From the NCBI GenBank assembly GCA_009776305.1, contig WRLY01000003.1, forward strand, positions 72,068 through 136,067: a stretch of DNA of 64,000 nt. The letters run 5' to 3'. The stretch is from Oscillospiraceae bacterium (GTDB lineage: Bacteria > Bacillota > Clostridia > Oscillospirales > Ruminococcaceae). Shown in pieces: positions 9,589 to 19,555 of the stretch. The position numbers and the translations under genes are program-made. Each line of letters begins with the position of its first letter. Position 1 is the stretch's first letter. The notes beneath the pieces were generated by a model. The model was not told the origin of the DNA. It worked only from the letters and a program-made list of their open reading frames with translations, and did not search any database.

Positions 9589-10365
9589 TCATATAAAAAT
9601 CGTACAAACCGCGTTGTTCTCAAATAAATCATATAAAATTTCAAGCCTTTCGCCGTTTAAAATAACGGCGGGAATATTTTCCTCTTTGGCTATAACCGCC
9701 GCCTCGAGCTTGGCAAGCATACCCCCGCTCGAAAGCTCTGAGCCTTTCCCCTTGGCAGCATAAATCATCTCGTCGGTTATTTTCTCGACGATGGGAATAA
9801 GCTTTGCGCCGGGCTCAGATGGATTTTTATCGTATAAGCCATCCACATCGGTGAAAATGATTAGTAAATCGGCTTCAATAAGCTTTGCCACCATTGCGGA
9901 AAGGGTATCATTTTCGTCAAAATCAAGGTTTTCAAGAGAAATAGTGTCATTGGCGTTAATAATGGGAATAACATTCATTTCAAGCAGTCGCTCAAAGGTG
10001 TTTTTAGCGTTTTCTCTGCGCTCTTTGTTGGAAATAACGTCCCGTGTCATTAAAATCTGAGCTACTGTACGATTATATTTTGAAAATTCCTTGTCGTATA
10101 TATTCATAAGCTCGCTCTGACCCACAGCCGCGCAGGCTTGCTTTGTGGGCGTGTCTGCAGGGCGCACCGAAAGATTCAGTCTACCCATGCCCACTCCGAT
10201 TGCACCACTGGTGACGAGAATGACCTCACGCCCTGAATTGCGTATGTCAGAAATGACCTTCACAAGCTTTTCCATACGGCGTATATTGAGGTTTCCGGTT
10301 TTATAGGCGATATTAGACGTCCCAACCTTAATCACCACGCGTTTTTTGCCGCTTAAATCAATCAT
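9589..10365 (-). CDS. proB: Glutamate 5-kinase (no PUA domain)
   Basis: RVVIKVGTS, VTSGAIG, KQACAAVGQ, DENDTLSA, GGMLAKLEAA. Confidence 0.97.
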   Translation of the reverse strand: MIDLSGKKRVVIKVGTSNIAYKTGNLNIRRMEKLVKVISDIRNSGREVILVTSGAIGVGMGRLNLSVRPADTPTKQACAAVGQSELMNIYDKEFSKYNRTVAQILMTRDVISNKERRENAKNTFERLLEMNVIPIINANDTISLENLDFDENDTLSAMVAKLIEADLLIIFTDVDGLYDKNPSEPGAKLIPIVEKITDEMIYAAKGKGSELSSGGMLAKLEAAVIAKEENIPAVILNGERLEILYDLFENNAVCTIFI

Positions 10366-10506
10366 TTACGCTAATTTGCCCTTTCCGCCTTTTTTAATTA
10401 AATTCATTATACCATAAATTTTCAAAGACTGCAATAGGTAGTATGTTTTAATCAGCAAGAAGCACAATTTATTGAGGTTTTATTCCTTATTTTTTATTGC
10501 AATTGA

Positions 10507-10776
10507 TTACTTTTCGGGAAAATCGGAGGGGTCGGGGGCGTCTTCTCCTGCTTTTTCATGCTCATGCTCGTGTTTATGACCATGCCCGTGTCCATGACCG
10601 TGCGGACCGAATTCCTCCTTGAAAAAGCATATTTCTCGCAAAATCTCCATTGAAAACATAGATTTACTGAGTTCTGAAAAAAACACGTTCCAGAAAATGA
10701 AGTCTTTTTTTGACAGCGTGCAGTATAAATAATTGGTCAGCGCCGCTATAAGCGCGTTCATTTGACACGGATTCAT
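10507..10776 (-). CDS. Small hypothetical protein with His-rich tail
   Basis: RBS AGGGGG, then MNPCQMNALIAALTNYLY...GPHGHGHGHGHKHEHEHE. Confidence 0.65.
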   Translation of the reverse strand: MNPCQMNALIAALTNYLYCTLSKKDFIFWNVFFSELSKSMFSMEILREICFFKEEFGPHGHGHGHGHKHEHEHEKAGEDAPDPSDFPEK

Positions 10777-10901
10777 AAAAATCCCCCTTTGAAAACCCTT
10801 TTTAAAGTTTATGCGGGGGGATTTTTGAATAGGCATTTTAACGTGCATAGGGCGGAGTCGCCTCCGCCCTATTAAAGCCTTTTAAACTTGATTTAAAAGC
10901 C

Positions 10902-11132
10902 TTACTCTGTTTTTTCTTCGATGAATTTAACAATGTCACCAACTGTTTTAATGTTTTCCACCTGGTCATCGGGAATTTCCGTGTCGAACTCCTCCTCAAA
11001 ACTCATGACGAGGTCAACGATGTCGAGCGAATCCGCGCCTAAGTCGTCCTGAATATTCGCGGTCAGCGTAACCTTTTCTTCGTCAACATCAAGTTGCTCA
11101 ACAATAATAGCCCTGACTTTTTCAAAAACCAT
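10902..11132 (-). CDS. acpP: Acyl carrier protein
   Basis: [14 protein letters not shown] phosphopantetheine motif; start ATG 11132 after GGAGG. Confidence 0.97.
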   Translation of the reverse strand: MVFEKVRAIIVEQLDVDEEKVTLTANIQDDLGADSLDIVDLVMSFEEEFDTEIPDDQVENIKTVGDIVKFIEEKTE

Positions 11133-11290
11133 TTTTAAGCCCTCCGTAACTGTTGTTTTTATTATTATAAAGCATATTGCCAAAATAATCAATAGGGTTT
11201 AGCATAAAAATTTTTATTTTTTAAAATTTTTTTGTTATATTTTATTAAATCAATGCTTTTAGGCACTCCGAACAAGCCGTTTAGGTTCAT

Positions 11291-12094
11291 TTATTCAGTA
11301 AACATTCCTATTTTTCTGAATTTTTGATACCTGTTTTTCAGCAAAGTTTCAGCGTCTGTCCGACAAAGCCTTTTGATTGCGTCGAAAAGATATTCCGAAA
11401 TATTATCCGCCGTGAGTTGGCAGTCGTTATGAGCGCCACCCGCAGGTTCGGATATAATTTTCTCACATACTCCAAAATTCAGCAAATCCTCCGAGGTAAT
11501 TTTCATAAGCTCGGCGGCTTCTTTCTCGCGGGAAGGGTCTTTCCACAGGATTGAAGCAAAACCGCGAGGCGAAATTACCGAATAAAGCGCGTTCTCCAGC
11601 ATGGCTAATTCATCGCATACCGCAAGCGCCAAAGCACCGCCACTTCCGCCCTCGCCTAAAACAATAGATATTACAGGGGTTTTCAGCGTCATGAATTCCA
11701 TAAGGTTTCTGGCTATGGCTTCTCCCTGACCTCTTTCCTCCGCCTCAATTCCGCAAAAAGCTCCGGGGGTATCCACAAGACATATTACGGGACGGTTGAA
11801 CTTCTCGGCTTGTTTTGCTAACCGAAGAGCCTTCCTGTAGCCTTCAGGGTGAGGCATGGCAAAGTTAGTCCGCTTATTTTCCTCTACGTCCCGCCCTTTT
11901 ACCTGCGCCAGAATAGTCACCGGCATGGAATAAAAGGTAGCGATTCCGCCTAAAATCGCCGCATCGTCACCGTAATGACGGTCGCCGTGCATTTCTATAA
12001 AGCCGTCGAAAATAAGAGGGATATAATCGTTGACTGTCGGGCGGTTTTTTACTCTGATAAGTGCTAACCGCTCCGTAGCGCTGATTCTGCTCAT
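11291..12094 (-). CDS. accA: Acetyl-CoA carboxylase carboxyltransferase alpha
   Basis: MHGDR, PHPEGYRKALRL, DTPGAF, GEGGSGGALAL. Confidence 0.97.
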   Translation of the reverse strand: MSRISATERLALIRVKNRPTVNDYIPLIFDGFIEMHGDRHYGDDAAILGGIATFYSMPVTILAQVKGRDVEENKRTNFAMPHPEGYRKALRLAKQAEKFNRPVICLVDTPGAFCGIEAEERGQGEAIARNLMEFMTLKTPVISIVLGEGGSGGALALAVCDELAMLENALYSVISPRGFASILWKDPSREKEAAELMKITSEDLLNFGVCEKIISEPAGGAHNDCQLTADNISEYLFDAIKRLCRTDAETLLKNRYQKFRKIGMFTE

Positions 12095-13014
12095 TTATTC
12101 ACTCTCCCCTCTTCAATTTTTTCATAATTGTGCATTCTCATAATCCTCGCCAAGTAAGAACGCATTCTTCTTCGCTCGCATATAAGGTCTACAAAGCCGT
12201 TTTCTAACAGGAATTCAGCCGACTGGAATTCGTCTGGAAGCTTTTGCTTTATGGTATCCTGAATTACCCGCCGTCCGGCAAAGCCTATAAGCACCTTAGG
12301 CTCGGCTATAATCACGTCCCCAAGCGACGCGAACGAGGCGGTCACACCGCCCGTTGTGGGGTCGGTCAAAACGGTGATATAAAGCTGTCCCGCGTCGGAA
12401 AATTTTGCAATAGCGCCGCTTGTCTTAGCCATCTGCATGAGCGAAATTATTCCCTCCTGCATACGCGCACCGCCCGAAGCGGTAAATAAAATTACCGGCA
12501 TTTTATTCTTAGTAGCGTACTCAAAGGCGCGGGTTATTTTTTCCCCAACCACACTCCCCATGCTCGCCATCATGAAGTTGCTGTCCATTATACCTATGAC
12601 GGCTTTGTAACCCCGAATGGTACACTCACCCGTAATTACTGCGTCGCGCATATCGCACGCCTTGCGAAGTTTTTGAAGCTTGTCGGCATATTCGGGATAA
12701 TCAATAGGGTTTTGGGATTCCATATTAGCGTCAAACTCGGAAAAACTATTCCGGTCGGCGGTTAGATTAAGCCGCTCCCTCCAGGTCAGACGGGCGTGGT
12801 AATTGCAGTTGGCGCAGACCTTTCTGTTCTTCTCAAAGTCTTCTTTGTAGGACGTGGTAAGACAGCGCGGGCATTTGAAAAACAAGTCTTCGGGAATTTT
12901 CACGCCTTTTTCCGATTCCGCCTTATTATAAGCCGCAGAGCGCAGGGCAGGGGCAACTTCCGCCTCGTCGTCGAAACGGTCTTTTACCTTTTTCAATAAA
13001 TCTTCAAGTCCCAT
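12091..13014 (-). CDS. accD: Acetyl-CoA carboxylase carboxyltransferase beta
   Basis: CPRC/CANC zinc finger, SMGSVVGEKI, SGGARMQEG, PTTGGVTASF. Confidence 0.97.
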   Translation of the reverse strand: MGLEDLLKKVKDRFDDEAEVAPALRSAAYNKAESEKGVKIPEDLFFKCPRCLTTSYKEDFEKNRKVCANCNYHARLTWRERLNLTADRNSFSEFDANMESQNPIDYPEYADKLQKLRKACDMRDAVITGECTIRGYKAVIGIMDSNFMMASMGSVVGEKITRAFEYATKNKMPVILFTASGGARMQEGIISLMQMAKTSGAIAKFSDAGQLYITVLTDPTTGGVTASFASLGDVIIAEPKVLIGFAGRRVIQDTIKQKLPDEFQSAEFLLENGFVDLICERRRMRSYLARIMRMHNYEKIEEGRVNK

Positions 13015-13061
13015 TGATTTCTCCTTCTGTTATGTTTTTGCAGAGTACTGAGAACAGCGCT

Positions 13062-13525
13062 CTAATATATTTCATTAATCCTAACCCTCATTCGCGCACC
13101 GCCGAACGAACTCATGGCATGAGCAACCAACTCAAAAACAGTGTTTGGGTTGTCAAGCATGTACTGCTTTAAATCTTCATCAGCCTATCTGTGCTCGGTA
13201 AAATACTCGTCAACTTATATTTATCGGCATAAACGCTGTACAGGATTTGAAACTTATAATCTTTATAGCCGTTAAAATACACTAAAAGCCCATCCGAATC
13301 ATCTATTTCACCATAATAAGCTTTAGGCAGAAAAATAGCAAAGGTTTGATTTTCGGCTACCGAAAAATCCTCTATCAATGGCGTACTCTCCGTGGCAACG
13401 GTTGTGGTCGCGGACGTCGCAACAGTAGGAGTTGCCGTAGTTTGAATCGGAGCGGTTACGGTCGTTTCCATAAGGGTTATGGTTTCAGGCTGATTTTCGG
13501 CATGCCTATTCTTTCCTTCTCCCAA
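13062..13525 (-). pseudogene. Decayed remnant of a Thr-rich (surface-protein-like) gene between accC and accD
   Basis: The 118-aa ORF has a T/A/P-rich linker but no signal peptide. A shifted frame continues DEDLKQYMLDNPNTVFELVAHAMSSFGGARMRVRINEIY*. Confidence 0.5.
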
Positions 13526-14858
13526 TGAAACCTATATCATAGTTCCCGCTTACAATCTCCTCGTCTTTCAGAAGTTCAAGCTGAAAATCAATATTAGACA
13601 CGATTCCCTCAATCTGGAATTCAGACAGAGCCACCCGCATTTTCTGAATTGCCTCAGCTCTATCCTTGCCGCGTACAATAACCTTAGCTATCATACTGTC
13701 GTAATAAGGCGGGATTTCATACCCCTGAAAAACCGCCGTGTCAATTCTAACACCGAAACCGCCGGGTAAATGCACCATTTCGATTTTGCCGGGAGACGGA
13801 CGGAAGTTGTTCTTCGGGTCTTCCGCGTTTATGCGGCACTCTATGGCGTGACCGTTTAAAACCACGTCCTCCTGTTTAATCTCCAAAGGCTGACCCGAGG
13901 CTACTCTGATTTGCGCCTTGATTAAATCCACGTCGGTTACCATTTCGGTGACGGGATGCTCAACCTGTATGCGGGTATTCATTTCCATGAAGTAAAAGCC
14001 GCCGTGCTTATCCACTAAAAATTCAACCGTTCCCGCGTTGGTATAACCACAGGCTTTGGCGGCTTTAACCGCCGCCTGTCCTATTTTAGCGCGCAATTCA
14101 GGCGTCATTACAGGACAAGGGCTTTCTTCAATAAGCTTTTGATTACGCCGCTGGCAGGAGCAGTCGCGCTCGCCTAAGTATATGACGTTGCCGTGTTCGT
14201 CGGCTAAAAGCTGAATTTCGACATGGCGCGGGTTCTCAATGAACTTTTCAATATATACGTCGTCGTCGCTGAAAAAGGCTTTGGCTTCAGCTTTGGCGGC
14301 TGTAATTTGCGATTCAAGCTCGCTCTCCTCATTAACAGGGCGTATACCTCTGCCTCCGCCGCCTGCGGACGCTTTGATTAAAACTGGATAGCCCATTTTC
14401 TTAGCGATTTTTTTAGCCTCCTCTAAGGAATCAATCGCGCCCTCAGAGCCGGGTATAACCGGAACTCCCGCTTTTCTCATGGTTTCTTTGGCGTTGGCTT
14501 TGTCGCCCATTGCTTCAATAGCATCGGCGGGCGGACCAATCCACTTGATTTTACATTTCTCAGCAAGCCGCACAAAAGCTGCGTTTTCCGATAAGAACCC
14601 GTAGCCCGGATGAATAGCCTCCGCCCCCGTAACATCACAGGCGGCAATAAGCGCCTTTTCGTTAAGGTAGCTGTCCTTAGAGCGCGGCGGTCCGAGGCAG
14701 AGAGATTCGTCCGCTATGAGGGTATGAAGCGCGTTTCTGTCAGCCGTACTGTAAACAGCAACAGTTTTTATGCCGAGTTCACGACAGGCGCGGATTACGC
14801 GCACGGCGATTTCGCCGCGGTTAGCGATAAGTATTTTTTTGAACATATTTCCCACCAT
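13506..14858 (-). CDS. accC: Biotin carboxylase
   Basis: ANRGEIA, HPGYGFLSEN, KASAGGGGRG, EMNTRIQVEHPVTE; all motifs intact. Confidence 0.97.
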   Translation of the reverse strand: MVGNMFKKILIANRGEIAVRVIRACRELGIKTVAVYSTADRNALHTLIADESLCLGPPRSKDSYLNEKALIAACDVTGAEAIHPGYGFLSENAAFVRLAEKCKIKWIGPPADAIEAMGDKANAKETMRKAGVPVIPGSEGAIDSLEEAKKIAKKMGYPVLIKASAGGGGRGIRPVNEESELESQITAAKAEAKAFFSDDDVYIEKFIENPRHVEIQLLADEHGNVIYLGERDCSCQRRNQKLIEESPCPVMTPELRAKIGQAAVKAAKACGYTNAGTVEFLVDKHGGFYFMEMNTRIQVEHPVTEMVTDVDLIKAQIRVASGQPLEIKQEDVVLNGHAIECRINAEDPKNNFRPSPGKIEMVHLPGGFGVRIDTAVFQGYEIPPYYDSMIAKVIVRGKDRAEAIQKMRVALSEFQIEGIVSNIDFQLELLKDEEIVSGNYDIGFIGRRKE

Positions 14859-15219
14859 TCCTTTTCCGGCATAAGCGAGCCGTAAAAATATTTTTTCGCT
14901 TAATTAGGAGCCGTTATTTTCAAACTTTGCGCTCCCTCAAAATATATTAAATGTTCTTATTCAAGCGGTAGAATAAACAAGTGTTCGTCACCGACATATT
15001 TCCTGTTACCGAGCAATACTTTATCGTTCCCTAAAAAGCCGCTCTGTTTCATTTGCAGCTCATGGGATTATCCATGAAAATTTATTTATACGAATTTTTT
15101 ACCGACATAACAACAGTTTGCTTGCCTTGACGGTATGCTATTTATAGTAAGACGTCAGGGATAATATAAATAAGTTTAAAACCGCTAAAATTTGGGACAA
15201 CTCCATGCAACGCTCCTAA

Positions 15220-15645
15220 TTACTTTATCGCGAAAGAAATCTCCGCGCTGACCGCCTTTTCCCCGTTCACGGTCGCAAGCCCTTTGCCGATTCCCACGGG
15301 ACCTTTGATTTTAATAATCTCGACTTCAAGCCTAAGCTCGTCGCCGGGTAATACCTGCTTACGGAATTTGGCTTCCTTTACCCCGCCGAAAAAGCCGATT
15401 TTGCCTTTATTTTCGGGCATGGCAAGCATAGCGCAAGCTCCCGCCTGTGCTAACATTTCAAGCATAAGTACGCCCGGCACAACGGGATAATCGGGGAAAT
15501 GCCCCTTAAACCAGAAGTCGTCCGCTTTAATATGTTTTATTGCCACTACCCTTTTGCCTACTTCAAACTCAACAATTTCGTCAATCAGCAAAAACGGGTC
15601 GCGGTGAGGAATAATTTCTTTTATTTGCTCTTGATTTAATGTCAT
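15220..15645 (-). CDS. fabZ: 3-hydroxyacyl-ACP dehydratase
   Basis: IPHRDPFLLID, FKGHFP, PGVLMLEMLAQ; start ATG 15645 after GAAAGGA. Confidence 0.96.
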   Translation of the reverse strand: MTLNQEQIKEIIPHRDPFLLIDEIVEFEVGKRVVAIKHIKADDFWFKGHFPDYPVVPGVLMLEMLAQAGACAMLAMPENKGKIGFFGGVKEAKFRKQVLPGDELRLEVEIIKIKGPVGIGKGLATVNGEKAVSAEISFAIK

Positions 15646-15694
15646 AATTTTCCTTTCGCAATTGTTAATAACCGAAGATTTCGGTTGCGCGCTA

Positions 15695-16144
15695 CTAATC
15701 AATTCTTATAAGCTTTTGGTCGAATTCCACAGCGTCGCCATCCTTCAAGCAAATCTCCCCGACTGTTCCGCTGAATTCACTGGTGATTTCGTTCATCAGC
15801 TTCATGCTTTCTACAATGCAGACCACCTGTCCCTTTTCAACCTTATCGCCAACCTTTACAAAAGCGGGCTTATCAGGCGATGAGGCGGCGTAAAACGTGC
15901 CTATAATAGGCGATTTTACAAAGTTACCGCCTACAGACGCGGTTTGAACGGGAGCACTTGCTACCGCAACTGCGGGAGCAACAGTAGGAATAACCGCCGC
16001 CGGAACAGTCGGTACAGCGCCGTAAACAGCCGGCTCGGGTATTCCGATTTCAATTTCGGTCACGCCTTCTTTTACACGAATAAACGAAAGGCTGTTTGCC
16101 CTTACTATGTTCGCAAGTTCGCTTGTTACTTTTACTATATCCAT
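15695..16144 (-). CDS. accB: Biotin carboxyl carrier protein
   Basis: Ala/Pro/Val linker, SPIIGTFY, ESMKLMNEI biotinylation motif. Confidence 0.96.
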   Translation of the reverse strand: MDIVKVTSELANIVRANSLSFIRVKEGVTEIEIGIPEPAVYGAVPTVPAAVIPTVAPAVAVASAPVQTASVGGNFVKSPIIGTFYAASSPDKPAFVKVGDKVEKGQVVCIVESMKLMNEITSEFSGTVGEICLKDGDAVEFDQKLIRID

Positions 16145-16167
16145 TTTCTTCTCCTTAAAATTTATTG

Positions 16168-17400
16168 TTATTTTAAACTTTTAAAACACAAAGAAACGTT
16201 GTGCCCGCCGAAACCAAGAGAATTCGATAACGCCGCATTAATTGGGGCGTCTATGCCGCCGTTTACAACATAATCAAGGTCACAGTCCGGGTCGGGAATT
16301 TTATAACCCACCGTTTGATGGATAAAATTATTTTTCATCTGTAAAACTGTGGCTATTGCTTCAACTACACCCGCCGCGCCGAGCAGATGCCCGTTGAGGG
16401 ATTTGGTTGAATTTACCTTTAATTTGTAAGCGTGTTCACCAAATGCCGTTTTGATTGCCAATGTTTCGGTGCGGTCATTAACGGGGGTGGAAGTTCCATG
16501 CGCGTTAATATAATCGACTTCTTCAGGTTTAAGCCCCGCTTCAGTGAATGCAAACTCCATCGCTTTAGCGCCGCCACTGCCATCGGGGTTAGGGCTGGTT
16601 TCGTGAAAGGCATCGCAGGTTGAGCCATAACCGGCAAGCTCGGCATAAATCTTTGCCCCTCTCGCCTTTGCGTACTCGTATTCTTCGAGAATAAGCGCAC
16701 CCGCGCCTTCGCCTAATACAAAACCGCTTCTTTCTTTGTCAAAGGGTACTGAAGCCCTGTCAACATCGCCGGAATTGGTAGTTGCAGTCATATTGTCAAA
16801 GCCCGAATGGGCGAAACCTGTGTCAGAAGCCTCCGCACCGCCCGCTATAGCCACGTCAAGATAACCGTGTTTGATTGCCCTAAATGCTTCCCCCAGCGCG
16901 TGAGCTGAACTGGCGCAAGCCGAAATGGGACAGTAATTAGAGCCTTTAAAGCCTGTCTTAATGGCGACTACTCCCGGAGCCATATTACCTATCATCATGG
17001 GAATCGTAAAAACGCTTACCCTTTTATGCCCTTTATTGTGATAAACAAGCACCTGCTCCTCGGTAGTTTCAATCCCGCCGATTCCCGAACCCATAATAAC
17101 CCCGCATTTATAAGGGTCAAGGTCTTTAAAGTCGCTTCCCGCATCCTCAAGGGCTTTTTTCGCTGCATAAACAGCGTACTGGGTAAGCTTATCGGTACGC
17201 CGAAGCTCTTTTTTTTCGAAGTACTCTTCGGGAGTAAAATCTTTAAGCCGCGCTACCACGTTTTTCTCTTCCGACTGACCTGGAAACCATTCTTCCAGCG
17301 TAAACCCGTGTTTACCCGCTTTCAGATTATCCCAAAAGGTATTAACGTCGTTTCCGACGGGACTTAATACCCCAAGTCCTGTTATTACAACTCTTCTCAA
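16168..17400 (-). CDS. fabF: Beta-ketoacyl-ACP synthase II
   Basis: RRVVITGLG, SACASS, INAHGTST, GHLLGAAG, SNSLGFGGHN. Confidence 0.97.
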   Translation of the reverse strand: MRRVVITGLGVLSPVGNDVNTFWDNLKAGKHGFTLEEWFPGQSEEKNVVARLKDFTPEEYFEKKELRRTDKLTQYAVYAAKKALEDAGSDFKDLDPYKCGVIMGSGIGGIETTEEQVLVYHNKGHKRVSVFTIPMMIGNMAPGVVAIKTGFKGSNYCPISACASSAHALGEAFRAIKHGYLDVAIAGGAEASDTGFAHSGFDNMTATTNSGDVDRASVPFDKERSGFVLGEGAGALILEEYEYAKARGAKIYAELAGYGSTCDAFHETSPNPDGSGGAKAMEFAFTEAGLKPEEVDYINAHGTSTPVNDRTETLAIKTAFGEHAYKLKVNSTKSLNGHLLGAAGVVEAIATVLQMKNNFIHQTVGYKIPDPDCDLDYVVNGGIDAPINAALSNSLGFGGHNVSLCFKSLK

Positions 17401-17449
17401 TGCTGTTTTTACCTCCTTATTATGTGAGCGTTAATTAACCGTTTAATTT

Positions 17450-18184
17450 TTACATAGACAATCCGCCGCTTATTTCAATAACCTGTCCTGTTATGTAAGA
17501 GCTGTCCTTGCCCGCCAAAAACGATACCACGCCCGAAATTTCATCAACCGTTCCGTAACGTTTCATAGCGACCATTCCCAGAATCGCCTGTTTTTGAGCG
17601 TCGGTCAGCGCGTCGGTCATAGGGGTTTCTATAAAACCGGGAGCAATGGCGTTTACGTTTATGCCCCGCGCCCCGAATTCCTTAGCCGCGCTTTTGGTCA
17701 TGCCTATGACGGCGGCTTTGGAGGCGCTGTAGTTGAACTGCCCCGCGTTGCCGTGCAATCCCGCCACCGAAGAAACATTTATTACCCTGCCGCTCTTCTG
17801 TTTCATCATAACAGCGCAACAGTGTTTCATCATATTATAGACGCTCTTTTGGTTTACCGCAATTACAAGGTCATAATTTTCCTCGCTCATGCGCGCAAGC
17901 AAGCCGTCGCGGGTAATACCAGCGTTATTGACCAATACGTCTATAGTACCGAAACGCTCTTTTATTTTTTTGACGGTTTCCTCACAGGAGTTATGGTTTG
18001 AAACATCGGCGGCAAAGCACTCGGCTTCCACCCCGAACCCCCTGCATTTTTCAGCGGTCTCGGCAAGCGCCTCCATATTCAAATCATTCAGTGCGACATT
18101 GAAACCGTCGGACGCTAACCTTACGGCTATCATAGCGCCTATTCCCCTGCCCGCGCCGGTTATTACTGCGGTTTTGCTCATCAT
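17450..18184 (-). CDS. fabG: 3-oxoacyl-ACP reductase
   Basis: TGAGRGIG, NNAGITRD, YSASK; position within the fab cluster. Confidence 0.95.
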   Translation of the reverse strand: MMSKTAVITGAGRGIGAMIAVRLASDGFNVALNDLNMEALAETAEKCRGFGVEAECFAADVSNHNSCEETVKKIKERFGTIDVLVNNAGITRDGLLARMSEENYDLVIAVNQKSVYNMMKHCCAVMMKQKSGRVINVSSVAGLHGNAGQFNYSASKAAVIGMTKSAAKEFGARGINVNAIAPGFIETPMTDALTDAQKQAILGMVAMKRYGTVDEISGVVSFLAGKDSSYITGQVIEISGGLSM

Positions 18185-18573
18185 GTATTCTCCTTTTGCA
18201 TAATTTTTTTATATCCGTAAAGCGCCGCCATGTTAGCAAGCGCAATAATTATCCCGAAAGCCGCGAAAACGAATACCCTTAAATATAAAAAGGATGGAGC
18301 GTTACTAAGCAACAGAACTGTAAAGACAAGCTGTAAATATGCCCCTATAAGCAAAAAACGCAGGAAATAAAACTTCTTTATTATATTTAATATCGAGAGA
18401 ACCGCGATTTCGGCAAATACCACTAAAAATATCGTTGAAACTTCCCTGTAAATTAAAACCGGGCTTTCTCCTCTTATGTTAATAAATAACAATGTCGCCC
18501 AAATAATTTGCGGTAAAAAAGAAAAATCAATTATGAGAGAATAAACTAATTTTTTATTTTCTGATTCTTTCAA
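18181..18573 (-). CDS. Hypothetical 4-TM membrane protein inserted in the fab operon
   Basis: AT-rich 130-aa hydrophobic ORF between fabK and fabG, overlapping the fabG start. Confidence 0.6.
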   Translation of the reverse strand: MKESENKKLVYSLIIDFSFLPQIIWATLLFINIRGESPVLIYREVSTIFLVVFAEIAVLSILNIIKKFYFLRFLLIGAYLQLVFTVLLLSNAPSFLYLRVFVFAAFGIIIALANMAALYGYKKIMQKENT

Positions 18574-18578
18574 AAGAA

Positions 18579-19502
18579 CTACCTCTTTAATAATTTTTCT
18601 GCTTTACCGAACATCTCCTTTATTATTTCCTCAGCAGGCAGGATTTTAGCAATCATTCCCGCAATTGAGCCGCACATAAAACTACCTTCCTCGGTGTTTC
18701 CGTCAACAGCTGCTTTTCTGAGTGCGCCGACTGTCATGGTCTCGAATTCTTCAGACGTTATGCCGTCTTTCTCAACCTGAACCAGCCCGCGCGAAAATTT
18801 GGTTTTCACGCTTCGGCAAGGGTGTCCGGTAAAACGACCCGTTACAATTGTGTCCGTATCTTTCGCCTTTAAAACAAGTTCCTTGTAATTTTCATGAATT
18901 TGACATTCTTCGGCGGCTAAAAACCGCGTTCCGACCTGAACGCCCTCCGCTCCGAGCATAAAACTCGCCGCTATTCCTCTGCCATCGGCGATACCGCCCG
19001 CCGCGATTACGGGAATACTTACAGCGTCAACGATTTGCGGCAAAAGGCACATTGTAGTATTATCGCCGATATGACCTCCTGCCTCCATACCCTCGGCTAT
19101 TACAGCGTCTACGCCCGCCCGCTCCATACGCTTTGCAAGCGCCACTCCGGGTACTACCGGAATAATTTTTATTCCGGCGGCTTTCCATTTTTCGGCGAAT
19201 TTCCCGGGATTTCCCGCACCGGTGGTAACAAAAGCCACTTTTTCCTCAATGACGACTTCCGACAAATCGTCGGCGTTAGGCGACATAAGCATTATATTAA
19301 CCCCGAAAGGCTTATCAGTAAGCTCTCTCGCTTTTTTTATTTCCTCGCGAATGACTTCAGGCGGCGCATTTCCGCCCGCTATTATGCCTGCTCCGCCCGC
19401 GTTTGAAACTGCGGCGGCTAATTTATGCTCGGCTATCCACGCCATTCCACCTTGCAAAATCGGGTATTTAATGTTTAACAATTCAGTTATTTTTGTTTTC
19501 AT
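18579..19502 (-). CDS. fabK: Enoyl-ACP reductase II
   Basis: YPILQGGMAWIA, EGMEAGGHIG, AAGGIADGRG, GVQVGTRF; start ATG 19502 after GGAGG. Confidence 0.95.
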   Translation of the reverse strand: MKTKITELLNIKYPILQGGMAWIAEHKLAAAVSNAGGAGIIAGGNAPPEVIREEIKKARELTDKPFGVNIMLMSPNADDLSEVVIEEKVAFVTTGAGNPGKFAEKWKAAGIKIIPVVPGVALAKRMERAGVDAVIAEGMEAGGHIGDNTTMCLLPQIVDAVSIPVIAAGGIADGRGIAASFMLGAEGVQVGTRFLAAEECQIHENYKELVLKAKDTDTIVTGRFTGHPCRSVKTKFSRGLVQVEKDGITSEEFETMTVGALRKAAVDGNTEEGSFMCGSIAGMIAKILPAEEIIKEMFGKAEKLLKR

Positions 19503-19555
19503 TTTTTGCCCTCCGTAAATTATTATAGCTTTTAAATTAATTTTTTTAATTTTTG

